DNA of 32,000 bases from positions 6,090,001 to 6,122,000 of the forward strand of contig NZ_CP042911.1 of assembly GCF_008065095.1 (NCBI RefSeq), written 5' to 3'. The stretch comes from Gemmata obscuriglobus. GTDB taxonomy: Bacteria; Planctomycetota; Planctomycetia; Gemmatales; Gemmataceae. Within the stretch, counting starts at the first letter, position 1; the number at the start of each line of letters is the position of its first letter. The position numbers were made by a program, and so were the translations under genes. The notes below the pieces were generated by a model. The model was not told the DNA's origin and did no database searches. It was given only the letters and a program-made list of their open reading frames with translations. This document shows positions 15,889 to 24,387 of this stretch, piece by piece.

Positions 15889-17007
15889 TCACCGCGCGGT
15901 CATCAGGTCGTGCATTCCGAACCCGAGCGCGAGTGCGACACACGCGCCAAACAACACCAGGGCAAACCCGAGCTTGCGCGTGGCCTTCAGTTGCCACCAC
16001 ATGAACACACCCGAAACGCCCCAGAAGACCATCACGAACGCCATCACGTCCACGATCACGGCCCAGAACCACCGCGCGTTCGTGCTGCCCGGGAACCCGT
16101 GTGCCGTGTGCAGGCGGGTGAGGAACCGGCGGGTCGAAAGCTCCTCCGGCGGCGCCGGCGCGCCCGCCGACGCCCCGTTAACGGTGCCGCTCTGGGCGTT
16201 GTAAGTGACGGTCCACACCTTCTCGCCCTCGGACATCCGGAACGTCAGATCCGGGACGCTGGTCACGGTGAGTTCGTCCGTCGGGAACCCGGTGCGTTCG
16301 AGGACGGTGCGCGCTGCCGATTTCACCCGCTCGTGGAGCGGTTCCGGGAGCTGAAGACCGGTCTGAGGCGGAGCGGCCGACGGGGCCGGCTCACCTTTCG
16401 AGCCCCCGCCGCCTTTTTCCCCGCGTTCCCCGCGCCCGCCACCCTTCTCCCCTCGCCCGCCCCCGCCTTTTTCTCCGCGCCCGCCCTTCGTGCCGCTGAC
16501 GGCGAACGGGGCCTTCTCTTCGCTCTTGGGCTGCGCCGCTACCGCGTTCCTCGATCGCACCGTGCCGCCGGCGCTGTTCACGTCGATGGCGATGTTCACG
16601 TCCTGCCCCTCGGCCTTCGCCGTGGCGAACGCGAGGTCGCGTGTGTACTTCGCCTTCTCCGGTTCAACGAGGGTGTAGGCGTGCTCGCCTTTCGCGCGCT
16701 CGTTGAGGGCCGCGACCACCTGGGCCGCCAGTTCCGCGGGCTTGGGCGGCGCTTCCATCGGCGTGCCCGCCAGCTCGGTCGCGCCGAACGAGACCGACGG
16801 CGCGTCGCTGAACGCGGTCGGGTGGTTGAACAGGAACCCGGTGAAGCCGTACAGCACGGCCCAGGGCAGCAGGAACAGCCCGAGGTACAGGTGCGCCCGG
16901 CGGACGACGTGCATCACCCGCTTGCCCAGCGGGCGGCGCTTGACCTGCGGGGCCGGGCGGTCGTACCCGGCGCCCGCGTCGGGCGCGGGCGGTTCGGCAA
17001 CACTCAT
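15889..17007 (-). CDS. PepSY-associated TM-helix protein (PiuB-like iron-regulated membrane protein family)
   Basis: N-terminal RRAHLYLGLFLLPWAVLYGFTGFLFNHP and C-terminal FLTRLHTAHGF....RWFWAVIVDVMAFVMVFWGVSGVFMWW are typical PepSY_TM helices. Start is the ATG at 17005-17007 with GGAG 9 nt upstream. The ORF-track 809-aa ORF is a read-through artefact. Confidence 0.85.
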   Translation of the reverse strand: MSVAEPPAPDAGAGYDRPAPQVKRRPLGKRVMHVVRRAHLYLGLFLLPWAVLYGFTGFLFNHPTAFSDAPSVSFGATELAGTPMEAPPKPAELAAQVVAALNERAKGEHAYTLVEPEKAKYTRDLAFATAKAEGQDVNIAIDVNSAGGTVRSRNAVAAQPKSEEKAPFAVSGTKGGRGEKGGGGRGEKGGGRGERGEKGGGGSKGEPAPSAAPPQTGLQLPEPLHERVKSAARTVLERTGFPTDELTVTSVPDLTFRMSEGEKVWTVTYNAQSGTVNGASAGAPAPPEELSTRRFLTRLHTAHGFPGSTNARWFWAVIVDVMAFVMVFWGVSGVFMWWQLKATRKLGFALVLFGACVALALGFGMHDLMTAR

Positions 17008-17024
17008 CGTTTGCGCTCCGAAAG

Positions 17025-18152
17025 TTAGTAGTCGTTGCCGATCACTTCGCCGCCGTTGCGGCTGCCCAAGGCCCGGTAGGTGGCCATTGACACGCTCTCG
17101 CGAACGAACTTCACCGACCCGTCCCCGAACACGAAGTTGCAGCCGCCGGTGTGGCTGCTGCGGAACCCGCCGAGGGCGGTGTTCTTGTACCAGGCGCTGT
17201 CCGCGTTCGTGTTGAGCGCCGAGGGGGCCGCGGCCGTGCAGGTCACGGTGCCGGCTTTCATGTTCAACGTGGCCGCGGGGCCGACCAGCGTCTTGAAGTT
17301 CATCGGCGTGTGCGTGGCGCCCTCGTTCGCGTCCGCCCCCGGGTGCGGGAACACGTAGTTCGTGTTGCCGGTGAACGGCCCGGTCAGCGCCGCGCCGGTG
17401 TGGATGTTCGTGCCGCTCACCCAGGTGCTGCCCTGAATGGTGTAGTGCTTCTCGCCCGCAAGGAACGTGTTCGACAGCCCGTCGGTGACGCTGGCGAACG
17501 TGAGGTAGCGCAAACTGCCCGCGGCCGTTGTGTTGGTCGCCGGCGGGGGCACGAACGCGGAGACGAACATCCCGTCGTCCTCGGTCCAGCGCTGCTTCGT
17601 GCCGGTCCCGGTCTGGATGACCGCGCCCGAGCCGTCGGTCATGTAGCTGAAGTTCCCCCGGGACGCGACGTAGCTGCTGTACGAGTTGTACCCGGCGTTC
17701 TGCGGCACCGGCATCGAGGGGCAGAGGTAGGTCGGGATCGGGTTGCTGGTGAGGGTCCGGTTCGAGGTCACCCCGTCGGCGCCGACGGTCGCGTCGCTGT
17801 AGCTCTTGGTGCGGTCGTACTTGCTGGCGTAGGCGTCCTGCTCGATGTACGGCAGGATCAGGAGGAACCCGCTGAAGTGCTTCGAGGTGATCCCGTCCGG
17901 CAGAACCGACGGCGCGTACGAGCCGCCCTCGGAGTGCCCGTTCGGGGCGAAGCTGAACACCGGCAGCTTCTGCACCGAATCGTGATAGTTGTGGACCGCC
18001 AGGCCGAGTTGCTTGAGGTTGTTGGCGCACTTCATCCGGGCCGCCGCTTCGCGGACCTTTTGCACCGCCGGGAGCAGCAGGCCGATCAGGACCGCGATGA
18101 TCGCGATCACAACCAGCAGTTCGATCAGCGTGAAGCCCTTCTTCGCGCGCAT
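17025..18152 (-). CDS. DUF1559 / H-X9-DG protein with prepilin-type N-terminal cleavage/methylation domain
   Basis: [56 protein letters not shown] and C-terminal [18 protein letters not shown] (H-X9-DG). AAGGAGAG Shine-Dalgarno upstream of the ATG at 18150-18152. Confidence 0.9.
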   Translation of the reverse strand: MRAKKGFTLIELLVVIAIIAVLIGLLLPAVQKVREAAARMKCANNLKQLGLAVHNYHDSVQKLPVFSFAPNGHSEGGSYAPSVLPDGITSKHFSGFLLILPYIEQDAYASKYDRTKSYSDATVGADGVTSNRTLTSNPIPTYLCPSMPVPQNAGYNSYSSYVASRGNFSYMTDGSGAVIQTGTGTKQRWTEDDGMFVSAFVPPPATNTTAAGSLRYLTFASVTDGLSNTFLAGEKHYTIQGSTWVSGTNIHTGAALTGPFTGNTNYVFPHPGADANEGATHTPMNFKTLVGPAATLNMKAGTVTCTAAAPSALNTNADSAWYKNTALGGFRSSHTGGCNFVFGDGSVKFVRESVSMATYRALGSRNGGEVIGNDY

Positions 18153-18309
18153 GGGCGCCTCTCCTTTTGGGGAGTGAGAGCGGAGCTGCGTCACTGCGGG
18201 TTGGTGAGCGTGCGGCTGGTGGGGGCCGGTCGCGTCCCTGGAGCGGTGCCTGAGCAAGCTCACGGACACGACCCAACCGCATAATGACGGCTGGGGCGCG
18301 TCGACCTTG

Positions 18310-18326
18310 TTGAGACAAATTCTCAA
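18310..18326. promoter_or_regulatory. perfect 6-5-6 palindrome TTGAGA-CAAAT-TCTCAA (candidate operator)
   Basis: It lies at the midpoint of the 325-bp divergent spacer, about 160 nt from the hemP ATG and about 166 nt from the DUF1559 ATG. The local context is AT-rich. Confidence 0.4.
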
Positions 18327-18477
18327 TAGGACAGCTTTACATTATCTGCGGATTGGATACTGTCAACATTCGAGCAGGAAATATCGCACTGAAACGCTCC
18401 GGGTTCGGTGGACCGGGGCGTGGGTGCGGGGTGGCGCGTGAAATTGCGTCTCAGTTCCAAGTGGTGAGAAGCTACCG

Positions 18478-18654
18478 ATGAGCGATAAAGACCCAGAGGA
18501 TGACCGCGACGAACCTGCTGCGACGGGCGGGTCCGAGCGGACCATCCAGGCGGACGAATTGTTCGCGGGCAAACGTGAGGTGTGGATCGAGCTGGAAGGC
18601 GTGCGCTACCGGTTACGGATCACACGCCGCGGCAAGCTGATTTTGCAGAAGTGA
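18478..18654 (+). CDS. hemP: HemP-family hemin-uptake small protein (58 aa, not in the ORF track)
   Basis: Hand translation gives MSDKDPEDDRDEPAATGGSERTIQADELFAGKREVWIELEGVRYRLRITRRGKLILQK*. The C-terminal ...EL..G.REV.IE..G..Y.LR.T..GKLIL.K matches the HemP (PF10636) pattern. Confidence 0.8.
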   Translation: MSDKDPEDDRDEPAATGGSERTIQADELFAGKREVWIELEGVRYRLRITRRGKLILQK

Positions 18655-18714
18655 GAATGACCTTGTCCGCGAGAGGGGCGTTTCCGGACCGCTGACAACG
18701 TCATTCTCACTTCT
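18647..18714. terminator. 15-bp hairpin spanning the convergent 3' ends of hemP and prmC
   Basis: 18648-18661 gaagtgagaatgac is the exact reverse complement of 18700-18713 gtcattctcacttc, plus an A-T pair at 18647/18714. The arms include the stop codons of both genes. Confidence 0.5.
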
Positions 18715-19582
18715 TCTTCGCGGTCACGACGCGGGGGTTCTTCCCCATGTCTTTGATCGTCGGGCCGAGTTCGAGTTCCGGCTGTTCGGCGATGAGCGCC
18801 CGCACGGCGGCGTCCTGTTTCCAGCCGATTTCGAGCAGAAGCGACCCGCCCGGTTTGAGGAACGGGCCGACGGCCGCAGCGATCCGCCGGTAGAACGCGA
18901 GCCCGTCCGGTCCGCCGTCGAGGGCGACCCGCGGCTCGTGGTCACGAACGTCGGGTGCCAGTTCCGCGAACTCCGACTGTGCGATGTACGGCGGGTTGCT
19001 CACGACGAGGTCGAACGTTACCCCGGCGGGCAGCGGCGCAAAGAGGTCGCCCTGAAGGAACGTCATCCGATCCGCCACGTTGTTCTTTATGGCGTTGCGC
19101 TTGGCCACCGCAAGGGCGTCGGGCGAGACGTCGGTCGCGGTAACGTGTGAATCTTTCTTTTGGTGCGCCAGGCTCACCGCGATGCACCCCGAACCGGTGC
19201 CGATATCGAGGACGGCAGGAGCCGTGAGCGGTTTGAGCCGCTTGAGCGCCTCGCCCACGAGGGTTTCGGTATCGGAACGCGGGATCAGGACGGCCGGGTC
19301 CACATCGAAGTTGAGGAGATAGAACCCGCGCGAGCCGACGAGGTACGCAACCGGCCACCCGGCCAACCGTCGCGTGATGAGTTCCTTGTACTTCGCCCGT
19401 TCGGCGTCGGTCGGTTCCTCGTCGAACCGCATGGTGAGGTAGGTGCGGTCCGTTTGCAGGACGTGTGCGAGGAGCAGTTCCGCTTCGAGTTTGGCCGCTT
19501 CAACGCCCTTCGTTTTGAGAAAGTCCGTGGTCCACACGAGCAGCGCGCGGACGGTCCAAACGGTCGGCGTTGGCGGGGGCAT
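18707..19582 (-). CDS. prmC: release-factor glutamine N5-methyltransferase PrmC/HemK
   Basis: SAM-binding motif VLDIGTGSGCIA and catalytic VSNPPYI (NPPY). The length and N-terminal HemK-type helical domain fit. Confidence 0.9.
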   Translation of the reverse strand: MPPPTPTVWTVRALLVWTTDFLKTKGVEAAKLEAELLLAHVLQTDRTYLTMRFDEEPTDAERAKYKELITRRLAGWPVAYLVGSRGFYLLNFDVDPAVLIPRSDTETLVGEALKRLKPLTAPAVLDIGTGSGCIAVSLAHQKKDSHVTATDVSPDALAVAKRNAIKNNVADRMTFLQGDLFAPLPAGVTFDLVVSNPPYIAQSEFAELAPDVRDHEPRVALDGGPDGLAFYRRIAAAVGPFLKPGGSLLLEIGWKQDAAVRALIAEQPELELGPTIKDMGKNPRVVTAKKK

Positions 19583-19690
19583 GAGTCCGTTCTCGGCAAG
19601 ATTGAGGGCGTTGGGGCATTATTGCGAATGCCGCGCCGCCGTGACAGACCGGTTTGGTGAACGGCCGTCGCGTTCTGTGCTGCGACGGAT

Positions 19691-20863
19691 TCACTCACCG
19701 GCAGTCGGATCGAATGCACGAGCCACCCGGACCATCACTCCGGCCATGAACCCCATCGCGGTCAGCACGAGAATTGCAGAGACCGTACCCGGTTGCCCCA
19801 GAAACACGAACAGTTCGCCGGACCATACCCGCTTCGGCGCGGTCGGCGCATCGCGCCGGTCGAGCAGCGCCACTTCATCCGCGCGCGGCTTTAAGACCTC
19901 TGACGGCAGTGTTGCCTTTTCCGGCCCTTTTCCCTCGGCGGCTTTCATCTCGTAAGGCAAAGCGTCCTCATCCTCATCGGTCCGGCTTTCCCCACGGTCA
20001 AGCGAGCGCGGGGAATCGGCCGGGTCGCGCTCGCGCGGGAGCGGCGGGGCAAGCGGTTTCGGAGGGTCGTCGTCGGCCACTTGCGCTTTCACACGCTTGC
20101 GCGGCGGCTTCGGCGGATCGTCGTCCGCGATCAGCACGTTGTACCCCACCAGTTCGCCGTCCGGAGTGTTAATCGGCTGGAGGTCACTCGGCTGAGTCGC
20201 GAGCGCGACTGACTCTTCAGATTCCTTGACGCGGGCGCGTTTCGCCGGCCCCGGTTTGGGTTTCTTCTTCCGGCGCCGGAGCAGGTCTTTTGTGAACAGC
20301 AGCGCGAACGCCAGCCGCCCCAACAAGCGGGCATAGAGGAGCATCGTAACCGCCAGCAGCGGCATTCCGACAAAGAGCAGCGGGTACTCACCTTTGGTCA
20401 GAAACGCCCACTTGAATGCCACCCCGAACACCGCGTACACGGGCACCGTCAACACGAAGAAGCCCGCCGTTACCGCCGGCTTCTGCGCCAACCGGGCGAA
20501 CACGTCCGCGTTAAGGGGCACCCACGCGGTCGATGCGCTCAGCGAAGCGAGCTGGCTCACCGGGTACAGAGCCCACATCACCAGCAGCGGGACCACGAAC
20601 TTCAGCCAGGGTTCGCTCGGCCCGACCGCCCGGCTGATCAGGTAGGCCGGTCCGGCCCAGAGTCCGATCAGCCACGCGAGGTAGAACACTTTGAGGAAGT
20701 TGTCGGTGAGCGCCTCGCCCTGCCAGGGGATCTCCTTCGCGCCCGCCGCGGTGCCTTCCAGCACTGACAGGTAGTAGTTCGCCGCGCAAAGCAAGAACAA
20801 GAACCCGAACAGTGTGCTGCCGACCAGCGCGGGCACAAATATCAGAGCCTCAAGACCCACCAT
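19691..20863 (-). CDS. hypothetical multi-pass membrane protein
   Basis: About 6 N-terminal TM helices, a basic stretch RRRKKKPKPGPAKRARVK, a duplicated ADDDPPKP motif and a C-terminal TM helix. No family recognised. Confidence 0.7.
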   Translation of the reverse strand: MVGLEALIFVPALVGSTLFGFLFLLCAANYYLSVLEGTAAGAKEIPWQGEALTDNFLKVFYLAWLIGLWAGPAYLISRAVGPSEPWLKFVVPLLVMWALYPVSQLASLSASTAWVPLNADVFARLAQKPAVTAGFFVLTVPVYAVFGVAFKWAFLTKGEYPLLFVGMPLLAVTMLLYARLLGRLAFALLFTKDLLRRRKKKPKPGPAKRARVKESEESVALATQPSDLQPINTPDGELVGYNVLIADDDPPKPPRKRVKAQVADDDPPKPLAPPLPRERDPADSPRSLDRGESRTDEDEDALPYEMKAAEGKGPEKATLPSEVLKPRADEVALLDRRDAPTAPKRVWSGELFVFLGQPGTVSAILVLTAMGFMAGVMVRVARAFDPTAGE

Positions 20864-21224
20864 CTGTACACCCCGAAACGGCGCGCGAGGGCCGCAGACA
20901 GCATACGGACGCCGGCCCGTGCGCGTCGTTTCAGTGCCGCACTCCGCGGCCTCAACAGGCAGCGCGTGGCGCGAACGAAAGCGGCTTCGCCTTCACGGCC
21001 GCCGTGCCGCAGAGCGCGACGGGGCGGCGCCACGCAAAGCAATTTCTTTGGTGCCAAGAAGCGCGACCGGGCAAACGGCACACAGAGAAGCCCGCGGCGG
21101 AGCAACCACCGCGGACCGATCGCCCCGCGCCGCCCGCGCGGGTGAGCGGAGCGCAACCCGGCGTTGCGACATCAGAGTTGTAGGCGCTCCGATTCGACCG
21201 GGTGAGCGTGGCCCGGGCCGACTT

Positions 21225-21344
21225 CAGTCGTTTCAGGTTCCAGGGTCCAAGTTCCAAGTGGAGTCACGAGCGACACGAATCGCCGGCGCCTGTGACGAGT
21301 TGGGTTCCGACTTGGAACTTGGAACCTGGAACCTGAAACGACTG
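21225..21344. repeat. 35-bp near-perfect inverted repeat made of GGAAC/GTTCC heptads
   Basis: 21225-21259 cagtcgtttcaggttccagggtccaagttccaagt pairs with 21310-21344 acttggaacttggaacctggaacctgaaacgactg at 34/35. GGAAC starts at 21314, 21321 and 21328, and GAAAC at 21335, all 7 nt apart. It lies 32 nt after the thiC stop. Confidence 0.85.
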
Positions 21345-21375
21345 GAATCGGTCTACGGCCCGCGGCCCTCGCCTC

Positions 21376-22953
<1,578 letters not shown>

Positions 22954-22963
22954 TCAATGAGAA

Positions 22964-22994
22964 CGACCCCGCGATGCGTTGCATCGCGGGGTCG
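22964..22994 (-). terminator. 14-bp hairpin downstream of the outer-membrane protein gene
   Basis: cgaccccgcgatgc-gtt-gcatcgcggggtcg. On the minus strand it is followed by UUCUCAUUG. It lies 45 nt after the stop at 23039. Confidence 0.6.
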
Positions 22995-23038
22995 CGTCGG
23001 GGCGTCCCCCATACACCCCGACTCTGACCGGCCGGCCG

Positions 23039-24049
23039 TTAGTAGCGGATGCCGGTCGTGAACTGGATGTTGATGTTGTGGATGTTCCCCTGGATCGGCG
23101 GCACCAGGTTGGTCCAGTCGTGGCCGTACTCGACCCGCACCCCGTTGGTCCAGATCCACGCCCCCACCGGGATGTCGAAGGTGGTGTGGACGCCGGTGAA
23201 GATGCCGTGGAACACGTTCTGCCGCCGGGCGTAGCCGTCGACCTCGGTCAGCGGGTTCACGTCCACGGAGGAGGTGCCGTACCGGCCCCCGATCCACCCG
23301 CCGACCCGCCAGTTGGTCCCGTTCTGCCCGCCGGTGCTGCCGTTCCCCAGGAGCCACACGTCGCGACCGATCGCGTAGTTGAAGCTGGACCGGCGGATCC
23401 CCCGGATGCCGCTCAGCACGAGCCGGTCCGGTTGGGGCTGAAGTTCCGTGACCCCGTCGTTCGGACTCGGGTCGGCCGCCGGGGTGCGGAGGAACAGGTT
23501 GGTCGGCGACTGCGCCCCCTGGCCGCGGTTGTAGGTGTAGCTCCCGCCGAGGTCGATCGTCCACGCGGCGGTGTGGGTGGCGTCGAAGAACAGCGTGCGG
23601 ACCCCGCCGCCGACCGTCCAGCCGACCGCGTTCAGCCGGTCCGGGAGGCCGTTGCCGATGGTGAAGTTCAGCCCGGTGAAGCTGTACAGCTCGTACCCGA
23701 TCCGGCCGTCGCGGCCGAGCGGGCCGCAGCACCCCGGGCCGTCGACGTAATACGGGCTGGGGTAACTGCCGGGCGGGTACGCGGGCTGGGTCGCCGCCGG
23801 TTCGCCGTCCAACCACCCCGCCGGCCCGGCCCCCGGTGGCGCCTGCATCTGCTGCAGGCTCGTCACGCCCGCCGGCGTGCGGACGGGCGGGGCCGGAGGC
23901 GGGACCTCCGGTTCGGCGGCCGCAACCGGCCGCACCGACGGCACCAGTGAAGAATAGTCCCCGAACCCGGCCGTTCGGGGCTGCGCGACGACCGGTCCGG
24001 TGCCGAGCGCCACCACGAACCCAGTCAGCAGGAAGCGCGTGCTAGTCAT
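23039..24049 (-). CDS. outer-membrane beta-barrel protein (planctomycete BBP7-like porin candidate)
   Basis: Signal peptide MTSTRFLLTGFVVALGTGPVVAQ, a Pro-rich linker, a GPGCCGP motif, then alternating beta-strand pattern ending in the aromatic terminus ...QFTTGIRY. Trimmed to the ATG at 24047-24049. Confidence 0.75.
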   Translation of the reverse strand: MTSTRFLLTGFVVALGTGPVVAQPRTAGFGDYSSLVPSVRPVAAAEPEVPPPAPPVRTPAGVTSLQQMQAPPGAGPAGWLDGEPAATQPAYPPGSYPSPYYVDGPGCCGPLGRDGRIGYELYSFTGLNFTIGNGLPDRLNAVGWTVGGGVRTLFFDATHTAAWTIDLGGSYTYNRGQGAQSPTNLFLRTPAADPSPNDGVTELQPQPDRLVLSGIRGIRRSSFNYAIGRDVWLLGNGSTGGQNGTNWRVGGWIGGRYGTSSVDVNPLTEVDGYARRQNVFHGIFTGVHTTFDIPVGAWIWTNGVRVEYGHDWTNLVPPIQGNIHNINIQFTTGIRY

Positions 24050-24387
24050 TCGCCCCTCGCAAGCCATTGCGAACACGAAGGTGGCGACCGCAGACAGCTC
24101 GATCCCGACCCACGTCACAACTTCTATCGGCTGGCGCCCGGGCAAACTTTAGCGGCTCGAACGATTAGCACGAATGTATCGAACAGATGGTCTACGCGGC
24201 CATCCCGGCTTGTGCCACCAACGTCACTCACCCACAGTGCCACGACACGTTCCCGCCTCGAACGAGCGGGCCGCGGATCCGGTCCCTTGCAACGAAGGCA
24301 GAAGCTCGGGAGGGCATCGGGGTTTGGTGCTGTCGGCCGGACCTGCTATAAGTGGTTCAGCACAAGCTGCGCACCTGGGAAGGTTTC

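Noticed and set aside
16390-16492. Gly-rich insert as a collagen-like (G-X-Y) repeat
   Set aside because: Glycine is not held at every third position through the segment (for example GGGGRGEKGGG), so it is a low-complexity Gly/Lys/Glu repeat and not a collagen triplet.
15889-18318. 809-aa ORF as a single giant gene
   Set aside because: It is a read-through artefact. Only the part downstream of the ATG at 17005-17007 is the PepSY-TM protein. The upstream part overlaps the DUF1559 gene in another frame and has implausible R/G/P-rich composition.
18363-18572. 69-aa minus-strand ORF
   Set aside because: It overlaps the HemP-like gene in antisense. It is S/P/R-rich with no motif, whereas the plus-strand 58-aa product matches the HemP pattern.
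21310-21344. Heptad arrays (also 25878-25903) as a possible CRISPR or other spacer-repeat array
   Set aside because: The period is only 7 nt, there are no unique spacers, and no cas genes are present. These are tandem micro-repeats inside inverted-repeat arms, not CRISPR.
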